Of a DNA stretch of 64,000 nt, positions 1 through 9,081 are shown piece by piece. The stretch's first letter is position 1; each line of letters opens with the position of its first letter. The translations under genes were made by a program, and so were the position numbers. This DNA is from a bacterium. Its GTDB lineage: Bacteria; UBA8248. Where the stretch lies: assembly GCA_965204535.1 (NCBI GenBank), contig CBDBEV010000001.1, positions 2,016,001 to 2,080,000 on the forward strand, in the 5' to 3' direction. Below the pieces are notes generated by a model. That model saw nothing but the letters and a program-made list of their open reading frames with translations. It had not been told where the DNA came from and did no database searches.

Positions 1-707
1 CTCAGCGCCCGCAGGAGGCCGTGCCCGTAGCCGGGTAAAGCGTTCGGATTCAATATCCTGCCGGCTTGCGTCCAGACGATTCTCGCCTCGGGCGCCGCCC
101 TCATTAGCCGCTCGAGTTGCTCAAGGCCACCGTCATCGGGCGGCATGTCGAGAACGAGAAAGCTTTGTTTCGCGGCTGCCAGACGCATCATCGCCCCCAA
201 AGCCTCTCCGGCCCGTTTCATTCGTGTTTTATCGGAGGATTCCGGCCGCCACGCGATCTTCCCGATCCCGAACGCGCCGCTCGCAAGTTGCCGTTTGATG
301 CCGGCAAGATAACCGCTACCGGTCCGCATCCAGTCACCCTGGGAAGCCGAGGTGGTGAGCGGTATCAATCGTCCGGGGTATTGCGCTACCACCTTTTTGA
401 TGGCCTCCTCGCGCGCCGAGGTGACCGCGCCCAGGGCGACGCCCGCGCGGTTCATGCCCTCGATGAGCCCTGCCGCGCTCTTCCAGCGGTCGAGCGAGAT
501 TTCAAGATCGATCAGGGGATAGGGGCCAGATGCGAGATGTTTCCTGAGAGTGCGTTCATACAGCTTGACCCGCGCCTCGCGGTTTTGCTTCGCCTTCGAT
601 TTCAGCGCGTTGGGCGGTTTCGCGGCGTCTGCAAGCCCGGCGGTGAAGCACGCCCCGATGAGGCATGAGAACGAGAAGACGATGAGGCGTATCGCCCGTC
701 TTCGCAC
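1..707 (-). CDS. Amidohydrolase-fold (Amidohydro_2-like) exported protein, runs off the window edge; metal ligands appear degenerate
   Basis: Not in the ORF track; translated by hand. Frame is open from GTG 707 (or GTG 740) to the edge: RRRAIRLIVFSFSCLIGAC (signal-like) ... YPLIDLEIS ... MNRAGV ... YPGRLIP ... AFGIGKI ... LERLMRAAPEARIVWTQAG, the layout of amidohydrolase_2 proteins. Confidence 0.55.
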   Translation of the reverse strand, partial: MRRRAIRLIVFSFSCLIGACFTAGLADAAKPPNALKSKAKQNREARVKLYERTLRKHLASGPYPLIDLEISLDRWKSAAGLIEGMNRAGVALGAVTSAREEAIKKVVAQYPGRLIPLTTSASQGDWMRTGSGYLAGIKRQLASGAFGIGKIAWRPESSDKTRMKRAGEALGAMMRLAAAKQSFLVLDMPPDDGGLEQLERLMRAAPEARIVWTQAGRILNPNALPGYGHGLLRAL

Positions 708-746
708 CCGCTCGGCTCCGCTGCGGCCCGTCGAAGCCACTTTCGT

Positions 747-1466
747 CTACTCGTTCACGATGGCGACGGCGCGGATGTGCGTCCCCGTGGCGCCTTGCCA
801 GTGAAGCGGCAGGACGCTCGCCGTGAACCCGTGCGCAGCGGGAATGGCGCCTAGGTTGCAGAGGTTCTCGATGTGCCAGTATTCGCGCGTCTGGAAGAGG
901 CGGTGGCACGGCCAGGGGTCGCGCCGCTCCAGCATCTCCTTGATGGGCAAGTCGAAGCCCGGCGCGTCGATGCCCATCACGCTCACGCCCTGGTCGATGA
1001 GCCACTCGGCGCTCTCGCCCACCATGCCGGGGTGGTCCGTCAGGTAGCGCGGCTCGTCGTTGTAGGCGGCCGCCCCCGTCCAGAGGAAGACGATCTCACC
1101 GCCCCGGAGCGTGTAGTCCTCCCTGGCGAGCGCATCTTCCAAGTCTTTGATTTCGATGGCCTCGCCCGGTTTCTTGCCCCGCATGTCGAGCCGCAGGCCC
1201 GGCCCGTAGCATTTCTCCAGCGGGATGTCCTCCGACCACGAATCGTTCCGGCCGCCGTGGCTTCTCGCGTCGATGTGGGTGCCGCAATGCTCGCTGAAGA
1301 TGCACACGCTGTGGGCGAACAGCTCGGGGAAGCCCATCTTGTCGGTGCCGATGCGCTCGGCGGACTCATATGTCGTCTCTATCATCTGGATGACGGGCTG
1401 CGGCGTGCCCGGGTAGCGCTCCATCCACATGTGGACGGGCATGGACAGGTCGATAATTTCAGGCAT
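747..1466 (-). CDS. Cyclase-family (kynurenine formamidase-like) metal-dependent hydrolase
   Basis: IIDLS start, HCGTHIDA motif, GID, HIENL; start taken at MPEIIDLS behind a GAGG-type RBS. Confidence 0.9.
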   Translation of the reverse strand: MPEIIDLSMPVHMWMERYPGTPQPVIQMIETTYESAERIGTDKMGFPELFAHSVCIFSEHCGTHIDARSHGGRNDSWSEDIPLEKCYGPGLRLDMRGKKPGEAIEIKDLEDALAREDYTLRGGEIVFLWTGAAAYNDEPRYLTDHPGMVGESAEWLIDQGVSVMGIDAPGFDLPIKEMLERRDPWPCHRLFQTREYWHIENLCNLGAIPAAHGFTASVLPLHWQGATGTHIRAVAIVNE

Positions 1467-1670
1467 TTCCTCGCATCTCCCCTCGTTTCGTCGCATTTCC
1501 CGGTTTCATGCGGGCGGCGATGCGCCTAATATACATCATCGCGCGCAGGGGAGAACCCCCCGGCCCGCCCCGGTTTTCCACCGGTTTTATTTTCAGAAAA
1601 ACGTCGTGAATTTATCTTATTTTATCGGATTTTTTAGAATTTTTCAGAAATTCAAGGTGGGTTCTGCGCC

Positions 1671-2024
1671 CTAGTGCTCGTACGCCTTGGTGGCGCTCAC
1701 GGGAATCATGCAGACGAACTCCATCGTCTCGTCCGAATCGTTGTGGAAGGTGTGGTTCTCGCCCGGTGCGACGAATATGGCCGAGCCCGGCGCGATGGCC
1801 TTGGTCTCGCCCTCGACTATCACCCGGCCCTCGCCCTTCAGCATGAACACCTGGTGCTCCCAGGAGTGGGAATGGTCGGGCGTCTGCCCGCCCGCCTCTA
1901 TCTCGATGACCCGCATCGCCATTTCGGTTTCGCCGTCGCGCTCGCTGAGCAGCCAGCGGATGCCCGCGCCCTTGGCCGCCTTCTCCGCTTTCAGTTCCGC
2001 GTCCTTGTAGTTCATCACCTTCAT
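1671..2024 (-). CDS. Cupin domain protein
   Basis: GQTPDHSHSWEH ... G ... PGENHTF cupin motifs; strong AGGAGG RBS. Confidence 0.9.
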   Translation of the reverse strand: MKVMNYKDAELKAEKAAKGAGIRWLLSERDGETEMAMRVIEIEAGGQTPDHSHSWEHQVFMLKGEGRVIVEGETKAIAPGSAIFVAPGENHTFHNDSDETMEFVCMIPVSATKAYEH

Positions 2025-2222
2025 GGCGTCACCCCTCCTTTGGTTGGATTCGCGCCCTTCGCCTTTATCCCGGAACGCGGCGGATCATACCACACCCCGC
2101 GGCGTGAGTGTCAAAACCGCCGACGGGTGATGAGGGGAGATTGTTCCGACCGGAAAGGGAATTTCCGTAGGGGTGTCGGTTTTCCCCGAGGAGGGGGAGA
2201 CAGAACGAGCCGCCCGCTTTTC

Positions 2223-3257
2223 TCATGGAGTATCTGCGATTTTCAGGAGATGTTTTCCAATTTGTTTCGCAAGCCTGACCGGAACGGCGTTTCCTATGTG
2301 CTTGGCGATGTGAGTTTTATACCCGAAAAACTCGTATCCGTCTGGAAAAGATTGCAAAGCGGCGGCTTCACGCAGCGATATCGCACGGTCCTGTTCTGGA
2401 TGTCCGTATCTGCCGTTGGATATGCTGTGGCATCGCCCCGTGAGGGCGGGTGCCGGGCTATCCCAGTGCATTCGTCCGTAAACGTCTGTATGACCTTTAT
2501 AGTCCCCTTTGTGACATTCCAGTCTCAGGTGGTCCGGCCATGATCTTCGGTCCCCACCATCATGCGGCGTAGCTCGTAATCGTTTTAGGTTTAATTCTGC
2601 AATGGGAGCGGCGAAATGGTTCAAGATTTCAGGGTGGTGTTCTCCGGCGGCGATTTCAGGAAAATGAGAAATGGCTTGCCGTACTGTCCTGAACGGACGA
2701 TTTTGATTGCCGTATGTCGCATCGGGTAACGAAGATTGTCTATGTCTCGTGGCCAGTAATACAAGACGCCTTCTGTTCTGCGGGACTCCGTAGTGTTTCG
2801 CATCGAGGACATAATAATCGTATCCATAGTCTTTCGCGGTAAGCATCTTGAGAAACCGGCGAAAAGTGCTAAAGCCGCGTACACTCGCAATGCCGGGGAC
2901 ATTTTCTATCAATACAAATCCCGGTAATACTTCTTCAACGAGTCGTGCAAATTTTCCCAGCAGTGTTGCATCATTTCTTTTTGCAGCCCCTTTACGTTGC
3001 GGACTGAATGGTTGACATGGGGCACATCCGGCAAAAAGAACATCGTCATAAGATTCCGATTGGCACTTCAGGTCTAGATCTTTTGGTTTAATCTTTCTAA
3101 TGTCAGCCTCGACAAAACGGACTCCAGGATTGTTGTGTTCATAGGTGTCTTTGCAATGTTTGTCATTGTCAAATCCGGCGATGACCTCAATCCCTGCGTC
3201 GAGCAAACCCCTGGTCAGGCCTCCTGCCCCACAAAAGAAATCGTAGGCTTTAATCAT
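2223..3257 (-). CDS. dcm: DNA (cytosine-5)-methyltransferase
   Basis: Motif I DFFCGAGG, IV APCQPFS, VI ENVPG, VIII QNRRR, IX ISLREAAALQSFP, X IGNAVP. ATG 3257 overlaps the upstream stop (ATGATTAA). Confidence 0.95.
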   Translation of the reverse strand: MIKAYDFFCGAGGLTRGLLDAGIEVIAGFDNDKHCKDTYEHNNPGVRFVEADIRKIKPKDLDLKCQSESYDDVLFAGCAPCQPFSPQRKGAAKRNDATLLGKFARLVEEVLPGFVLIENVPGIASVRGFSTFRRFLKMLTAKDYGYDYYVLDAKHYGVPQNRRRLVLLATRHRQSSLPDATYGNQNRPFRTVRQAISHFPEIAAGEHHPEILNHFAAPIAELNLKRLRATPHDGGDRRSWPDHLRLECHKGDYKGHTDVYGRMHWDSPAPALTGRCHSISNGRYGHPEQDRAISLREAAALQSFPDGYEFFGYKTHIAKHIGNAVPVRLAKQIGKHLLKIADTP

Positions 3258-4359
3258 TATTTTTACTGCGTTCATTTTTGACATTTTCGATAATCTCGTC
3301 ACGCCATGCATCAATATCTCGGTCCGGCAGACCCGGTCGACCAGCGGTTTGTAAATATGCCCACGCAATCAATTCACGGAATGGGCTGTCGAGAGAAGCG
3401 ATTCGAGAAAATTCAGTTTTGATTTTTTCGATGGGAATCAGTTCCAAATCTCTTAGATTAGCTGCCATCGGTGGAATTCGATTCTTCAGACCTGGAAAAG
3501 GGACGATAGTCTCAAAATAACCCTGGGCGAGAGTGCCTGATAAATTGCTTTTTAGTTTATCAATCCTTATGTTTTTCCAGCTAGAGAGTTGCAGGCTATC
3601 ATTGATTGAATGACATCTTGCAACCAGAACGTCGCGGACTTTTGCACTACGACCACAGGAAGATACGAGATCGCATGACGGGGTTAGAACCACTCGAAAT
3701 GCAGCAGGATCTTCATTTGCTCCACCTTCTTGTTTGAAAATGTCGCCCAACCGAATGTCCCTGCTTATTGGTGGATACAGGTACTGTTCCAAACCGGCAA
3801 GATTGGTTCCGTCTGCGGAAATCTCATCCATCTGAGCGGCGAGTCGGCGTCTTCCAGATCGTTTAATCATATCATTGCGTTGTTCAGAATCATCCAAAAC
3901 TTCGAAGGCGTAAGGAGCAACATCCCGCATCGCGCAGGAAAAAGAATGCCTGATATCGTTTTCTGCATTTTTTAGCGCGTTGACATGAGGCAGGAATTCG
4001 TTAATCGCTTTCAAAACCTTTTGCGGGCTCTTTGCTCCCTTCTTGATACTTTTCTCAAATGGATGCGGGTCACACTCATAATCATAAATTTCTTTCACAC
4101 CAGAATATATTATGATTGGGCAGAAATGTTGATTCCAAATAAAGTTGCGAGTTTTTAAGCCTTCGGTTTCTTCGTCTGGAGAAGCGCCCTCGAGCAGGAG
4201 ATCAAGTACTACGATGTCTGGATGGAACGATATAATCTTTTCTTCAGCATTCTTGAATTCCGATACCATGTAGCATACGTTTTTTATTTTCGCTTTAATG
4301 AATCTTAATACAGGTTCTATAGCTTTCTGATCATCTTCTATAAATAGCAACTTTAGCAT
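3250..4359 (-). CDS. Response-regulator receiver domain fused to an uncharacterised C-terminal domain
   Basis: N-terminal LFIEDD, IVVLD(phosphoacceptor)L, IIYSG, IKKG. C-terminal part has GDIF...VLTPSCDL...RIASLDSPFRE...GRPGLP and no recognisable HTH. Confidence 0.8.
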   Translation of the reverse strand: MLKLLFIEDDQKAIEPVLRFIKAKIKNVCYMVSEFKNAEEKIISFHPDIVVLDLLLEGASPDEETEGLKTRNFIWNQHFCPIIIYSGVKEIYDYECDPHPFEKSIKKGAKSPQKVLKAINEFLPHVNALKNAENDIRHSFSCAMRDVAPYAFEVLDDSEQRNDMIKRSGRRRLAAQMDEISADGTNLAGLEQYLYPPISRDIRLGDIFKQEGGANEDPAAFRVVLTPSCDLVSSCGRSAKVRDVLVARCHSINDSLQLSSWKNIRIDKLKSNLSGTLAQGYFETIVPFPGLKNRIPPMAANLRDLELIPIEKIKTEFSRIASLDSPFRELIAWAYLQTAGRPGLPDRDIDAWRDEIIENVKNERSKNND

Positions 4360-4383
4360 GTAACACTCTCTTGTAATTTGCGT

Positions 4384-6543
4384 TCAGCGTTTTTTGCTTA
4401 AAGGCAAATCGAATGCGAATGATGCGCCCCTCTTTGTGTTTCCGTATTCGATCGCCATACGGCCCCCATATGCAGCCACCAATTCCGAAGCTACTGTGAG
4501 TCCCATTCCAATTCCGCCCGGCTTTCTTGTCACACCAGGCCAGAATATTTTCTCTATGTCTTCTTTGTTAATTCCCGGCCCTGTATCGTGAACTGACACA
4601 CGTACGCGTTCCCCGTTGTTTATGGTTGTGAGGCGAAACTCAAGTTTTCTGTTTTTGTCAGGAACATCGCCTAACCAATACACTGCATTTGTCACCAGGT
4701 TCAGGATAATCGCATCGAGTTCTCCTGGGTCAGCAGCCACAGTGGTTTTTGAGTCAGGTACTCGGCATTGAACGTTTTTTCTCTTGATTTCACCCCGGTG
4801 AAGCATCAAACAATTTTTGATTTGATCTTCTAAAACAGAATAACGCCTCCGTCGTCTGAAATTACGGCTTGCCAGGGGTGCGAAGGTGTCCGCAAGGCGC
4901 TCCAATGCATCTACTGCATTTTCAGCGGAGCGGAACTCTTCCTCCAAAAGTTTTTCTTTGAATGGACCAAATCTGTCTTGAATGCATCTCAAAAAACTTC
5001 CGAAGGATATCGTGCGATTCCGAATTTCGTGCACTAGCATTTGAGCGATTGTTCCAATAGTAGCCAGACGACTGTAGTATACAAATCGCTCCTGAATAGC
5101 CTTGCGCGCTGAGTTTAGTGAATTACTGAAAGTGCGGAGCGAGGGAATCACATCTGATGCCTCGGCACCCTCCTCGGAAAGGGCCATGACTTCTTCAGTG
5201 AACTCTTCCGCAGACAATTGTTCGAATAGATCCTCCATCGGTTTTTCGCGATCAGGCTTTATCCGATCTTCATCTCGTTCATTTTCGAGAAGAGCAACGA
5301 CAGATTTCAGAATTTCCTCGAACTCCGCCACTTGAAGGCTCGTAGCCAGACGTTCACGGTCGCTGGTGTCCGCGATTTGTGGATTGTTTTCAGCCGATAT
5401 CGAAACGTAGCCGACAAGTTGGCTCGTACTCAGCCGTGTTCCAACCTTGCTGACGCGCCTGAGATCGAGTCCCAACCAGTCACGTGCATTATCAGATTTG
5501 GGAAGTGTCAGAACACCGTCTCTATAAACGGAGATGCCTTTATGAGCACGAATGGTTTTTCTCACTTGGCTCTTTTGAAACTCGAATCGTTCTGCGATTT
5601 CCTGAGTATCATCGGGAGCAATGTCCCAAGCCCGGATTTCGAAAGTGAACGGTCCACAACTCGTCATTTCCGAAGAAAAATGAAAGCGAGTGCGATCCTG
5701 AATAGCTTCGTAAGTCCGCCTCCAAGGAAGCTTCAATTTTCTGTTTCTTGGGGAACCTCCCGTTATAGGAGTAAATTGATATGTTGCGTTTACATTACCT
5801 ACATTGTCGACATTCCCTTTGATACTGTATTTTGGATTCGACAAAAACTCTGGAGATTCTATTTCTACTTCCTCGGTCAAATTCTCACCGAAACCTGACA
5901 GGAAGATTTTGAAATCGCCAACGGCTGAAAATGGTGATATCAACCGCGCGAGATTTTCTTTCAGGTCGAATACGCGATTCTTATCCCATTGCTCTTTAAG
6001 GCCAAAAATGCCGAGTCGGGTTCCGGATTTTTTGAACGGAGACTTCTCGGGATACTCCCTGCATCCGACGAAGCTATCCGACAGCTCGTTTCCTCCTGAA
6101 ATATCGGACCAGTTCACGTTGACTTCCCAGCAAGGAGCCCTGGGGGCTTTTGTGAGCATGTGAAGGCGCTCCCCGAGACGTGCAACGGAAAGACGCCCGA
6201 GCCCTTTTTCACCGGCAACGCGGCGTTTTTTCTTTCCGCTCTTCACAAATGGGTTTTGTTCTTTGTGAGGAGTTGCAACGAGACACCAAACGTTCTCGAT
6301 AATTTCTTTGGTCATACCATGACCGTCATCTTCGATTTCCAGAAACGTACCTTGAGACGGATCGTCACGGAATCGAAGCCAGACATTTTCCGCAAATGCA
6401 TCGTATGAATTCTTGACAAGTTCGATAACGGCTACAACATCATTTGTTACAAGATCTGCACCCAGAGCCGCGAAGACCCTCGGATGCATCCGAAACGATA
6501 TTTGCTCGAAACCGTTATTTTGTTTAGTCATTTTATTTGCCAT
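4384..6543 (-). CDS. MORC/MutL-like GHKL ATPase fused to a cytoplasmic histidine kinase
   Basis: N-terminal GHKL motifs ELVKNSYDA, EDDGHGM, GEKGLGRLS, SGT. C-terminal H-box LVHEIRN, N-box NLVTNAVYW, G1 HDTGPGI, G2 GIGMGL. No transmembrane segment apparent. Confidence 0.9.
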   Translation of the reverse strand: MANKMTKQNNGFEQISFRMHPRVFAALGADLVTNDVVAVIELVKNSYDAFAENVWLRFRDDPSQGTFLEIEDDGHGMTKEIIENVWCLVATPHKEQNPFVKSGKKKRRVAGEKGLGRLSVARLGERLHMLTKAPRAPCWEVNVNWSDISGGNELSDSFVGCREYPEKSPFKKSGTRLGIFGLKEQWDKNRVFDLKENLARLISPFSAVGDFKIFLSGFGENLTEEVEIESPEFLSNPKYSIKGNVDNVGNVNATYQFTPITGGSPRNRKLKLPWRRTYEAIQDRTRFHFSSEMTSCGPFTFEIRAWDIAPDDTQEIAERFEFQKSQVRKTIRAHKGISVYRDGVLTLPKSDNARDWLGLDLRRVSKVGTRLSTSQLVGYVSISAENNPQIADTSDRERLATSLQVAEFEEILKSVVALLENERDEDRIKPDREKPMEDLFEQLSAEEFTEEVMALSEEGAEASDVIPSLRTFSNSLNSARKAIQERFVYYSRLATIGTIAQMLVHEIRNRTISFGSFLRCIQDRFGPFKEKLLEEEFRSAENAVDALERLADTFAPLASRNFRRRRRYSVLEDQIKNCLMLHRGEIKRKNVQCRVPDSKTTVAADPGELDAIILNLVTNAVYWLGDVPDKNRKLEFRLTTINNGERVRVSVHDTGPGINKEDIEKIFWPGVTRKPGGIGMGLTVASELVAAYGGRMAIEYGNTKRGASFAFDLPLSKKR

Positions 6544-7045
6544 GCAGGTTGACGCTCTCTGTTTCTTTTGTCCTACGAGGACCTTTTAATAGAGGAATTT
6601 GCAGTAGTTCTTGATTCGAGTTCAGAAAATCCGCTGCTTGTCTGGCAATGTATTCTAATGCTTCCGTGCGGTTTGTCCCCGGCCTTCGAAATCCGCATTC
6701 CCAGATAGTCAGAACTCGCCAACCAAGTTTCTGCAACTCGGATACGGCTATTGAATCACGCCTTGCGGTATCTTCGAGTTTTGTTTTCCACCATGCTCTA
6801 CGTGTTCCAGGAATAGAAGAAAGATGACAACCATGATAATGCCAGAAACACCCGTGTATGAATATAACGGAGCGGTATTTTTGGAAAACCATATCGGGTG
6901 TCCCGGGGAGGTCATTACGATGCAGGCGATACCGAAATCCCATAGCGAAGAGACGACGGCGTATCTCTAACTCCACTTTGGTGTTCTTGGCCCGGACCGA
7001 AGACATCATTCGGCTGCGGGTTTCTTTGTTTACGGTATCTACCAT
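6533..7045 (-). CDS. vsr: Very short patch repair endonuclease
   Basis: RSRMMSSVRAKNTKVE, LPGTPD, FIHGCFWHYHGC, GWRVLTIWEC; overlaps the start of the ATPase/kinase gene. Confidence 0.95.
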   Translation of the reverse strand: MVDTVNKETRSRMMSSVRAKNTKVELEIRRRLFAMGFRYRLHRNDLPGTPDMVFQKYRSVIFIHGCFWHYHGCHLSSIPGTRRAWWKTKLEDTARRDSIAVSELQKLGWRVLTIWECGFRRPGTNRTEALEYIARQAADFLNSNQELLQIPLLKGPRRTKETESVNLHGK

Positions 7046-7155
7046 TAGATAGGCTCAACCAGGGCAGATGCTAAAGCCGCCTTGCGTTTCGAGTAATTTC
7101 ACCCCCCAAAATACCTTCTCATCATCCCCCTGTCATCTGGCTAGCTTTACCCCCC

Positions 7156-7833
7156 TCACGAATAAAACCGCCTCACGATCTCCTCCAGACTGAAATCCTC
7201 CGCGCGGATGGCGTCGAGGAGGTCGGCTTCTTTGGCGAGCACGCGCCCGGCGGCGTCGGGAACGTCCGCCGCGATGTCCTTCGGCACCACGAGCGCGCCG
7301 CCCCCGTCCGCGTGGATGAGGTCGCCCGGAACCACGGCCATCCCGCCGACCGATACCGGCGTGTTGACGGCCACCACGCGCACGTCGCCGCGCGAGACCG
7401 TGGTGCCCGCGCACCAGGTCTTGAAGCCCGCCTTGCGCATCTCTTCGATATCGCGCACCACCCCGTCCGTCACCACGCCCTCGGCTCCCAGGCGCGAGAA
7501 GAGGTTCGACATGATCTCCCCCCAGAGGCACGCCGAGCGCGGCCGGGGGCCGACGTCCTGCTGCACGAGGACGCAGGGCTTGGGCGCCGCGGCCACGGCT
7601 TCGTAGAGCGCGATGCGCGATGCGTGCGCCCGCTCCTCGCCCGGGGCGTATTCGCCGGTCGTGAACGTCACGGCGTAGCCGAGCGCCACGCCCATATCGG
7701 GGAACATGCACTCGATACTCGCGTCGGTGTGGCCGAGCGTCCTCGGGCGCACGCCGAAGGATTCCACGGCGTTCGAAACCGTGGGCGTGTCGATCGCTCT
7801 CAGCTTCGCGAGCGTTTCTTCGGATAGCGTCAT
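7156..7833 (-). CDS. RraA-like / HMG aldolase family protein
   Basis: DTPTVSNA, WGEIM, GVVTDGVVRDI, PGDLIHADGGG motifs. Confidence 0.88.
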   Translation of the reverse strand: MTLSEETLAKLRAIDTPTVSNAVESFGVRPRTLGHTDASIECMFPDMGVALGYAVTFTTGEYAPGEERAHASRIALYEAVAAAPKPCVLVQQDVGPRPRSACLWGEIMSNLFSRLGAEGVVTDGVVRDIEEMRKAGFKTWCAGTTVSRGDVRVVAVNTPVSVGGMAVVPGDLIHADGGGALVVPKDIAADVPDAAGRVLAKEADLLDAIRAEDFSLEEIVRRFYS

Positions 7834-8071
7834 CTATCGTCTCCTTATCTGATAAGAGGCCGCGCCGCGCGCGCCTCCCGTGAACCGAAAAGGTCGTAAC
7901 GGATGGCCCGATTATATGATCGGGAGCGCGAGGAGAGTAGGGGTAGGGGAAGTGTGCCTGAATCTTCGCATAAAGCGGATCGAGCTTGATGGGTATAACA
8001 ATAATGTTATATATTGTATAGTGCTCCAAATCGGTGTCCTTGGCTCACCGGACGAAAATGGCCTAAAAAGG

Positions 8072-8241
8072 CGTCATTCCGGCGAAAGCCGGAATCCATT
8101 TTGGTTTTTGCCTCGTCGCCTGCGGTCTTTCTCGCTGCCCACATCCAGCCTTTTTGTTCTTGCCGCCTACGATCTCGTCCGCCGTATGCACGGTCTTTTC
8201 GGGGGGAAAGAGAATGGATTCCGGCTTTCGCCGGAATGACG
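8072..8241. mobile_element. MITE/REP-like element, 170 bp, with perfect 29-bp terminal inverted repeats
   Basis: CGTCATTCCGGCGAAAGCCGGAATCCATT (8072-8100) is the exact reverse complement of 8213-8241; each arm holds its own ATTCCGGC-GAAA-GCCGGAAT hairpin. Confidence 0.85.
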
Positions 8242-8251
8242 ATCAAAGTCG

Positions 8252-8428
8252 AAGGACAATTACGACCGAGACGCATATCGAGCCGTCTACACTGTGAAAT
8301 TTGAAGATGCCGTATATGTTCTCCACGTCTTCCAAAAGAAATCGAAAAGGGGAATTCGGACGCCACGGCGGGATATGGAGATCATCAAGGCCAATTTCAA
8401 GCGATTGATTGAGCGAATGAAAAGGTAG
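8252..8428 (+). pseudogene. 5'-truncated RelE/ParE (phage Gp49-like) toxin
   Basis: Hand translation: KDNYDRDAYRAVYTVKFEDAVYVLHVFQKKSKRGIRTPRRDMEIIKANFKRLIERMKR*. This is the typical C-terminal half; the N-terminal half is absent and the MITE sits in its place. Confidence 0.8.
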
Positions 8429-8457
8429 AGAAAACACCAGAAAACGAGGAGAGCGGA

Positions 8458-8793
8458 ATGGATCAAAAAATCATCACGGAAGGAGTAATGAACGTATTCG
8501 AGGATTTGGGGCTTCCCGATGCCGATGAACTGATCCTCAAGGCGGAACTTCTCTCGGAGATTATGGATACCATCGAATCGAGAGGGCTCAAGCAAAAGGA
8601 CCTCATGAAGCATCTCGGCATCAAGCAACCCGAGGCGTCCTATCTCATGAACGGGAAGCTCTCGCGCTTCTCCCGCGAGCGGCTGATCGACTACATGGTC
8701 AAGCTCGGCATGACGGTGGAGTTGCGGGTGAAGAAGCCGAAGAAAGGCGCCCCCCTGAAACCCGGCGCGCTGATATACGCGGGAGCGTCGTAA
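8458..8793 (+). CDS. XRE-family HTH antitoxin (HigA-like)
   Basis: NVFEDLGLPDADELILKAEL...GLKQ...LGIKQPEASYLMNGKLSRFSRERL; lies directly downstream of the toxin remnant; GAGGAG RBS. Confidence 0.9.
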   Translation: MDQKIITEGVMNVFEDLGLPDADELILKAELLSEIMDTIESRGLKQKDLMKHLGIKQPEASYLMNGKLSRFSRERLIDYMVKLGMTVELRVKKPKKGAPLKPGALIYAGAS

Positions 8794-8833
8794 GGAATGA
8801 GGGTCCGTAGGCGGGAGTGGTTCCTCTCTCCTC

Positions 8834-9081
8834 GGGGCTGTTGAAAAAGTCCCCGTCGGGGGATATTGCCTTTAGAGGGAAGGCCGCTTTCGCGCGAACC
8901 CCCGACCTCCCTCTTTGAAAGCAACCCCCCCTACCCCCCCTTGTCAGGGGGGCAAGAAAAAGCAAAAGCCCCTCTACCGGCGGCGGGCGTCGCCTTTTCA
9001 TACCCCCTCGCCGGGGGAAAGAAGAAGCAAACCCCCCTCAACCCGGCGGGGGCGTATCGCCTTTTTATACCCCCCTGACAA
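8834..9081. repeat. Cluster of GC-rich palindromic repeats with an orphan IS-type end
   Basis: GGGGCTGTTGAAAAA at 8834-8848 (same as the IS end); arm CAACCCCCCCTACCCCCCCTTGTCAGGGGGG at 8922-8952; two imperfect ~55-bp direct repeats AAGAA(A/G)AAGCAAA...CGCCTTTT.ATACCCC at about 8955-9006 and 9020-9075. Confidence 0.7.

Noticed and set aside
2130-7130. att sites or an integrase delimiting the methyltransferase island
   Set aside because: No convincing flanking direct repeat, tRNA or recombinase was found by eye; the boundaries rest only on composition and gene content.
8834-9081. Repeated GC-rich units as a CRISPR array
   Set aside because: The repeats are inverted or imperfect, the intervening sequences resemble each other rather than being unique spacers, and no cas genes are present.
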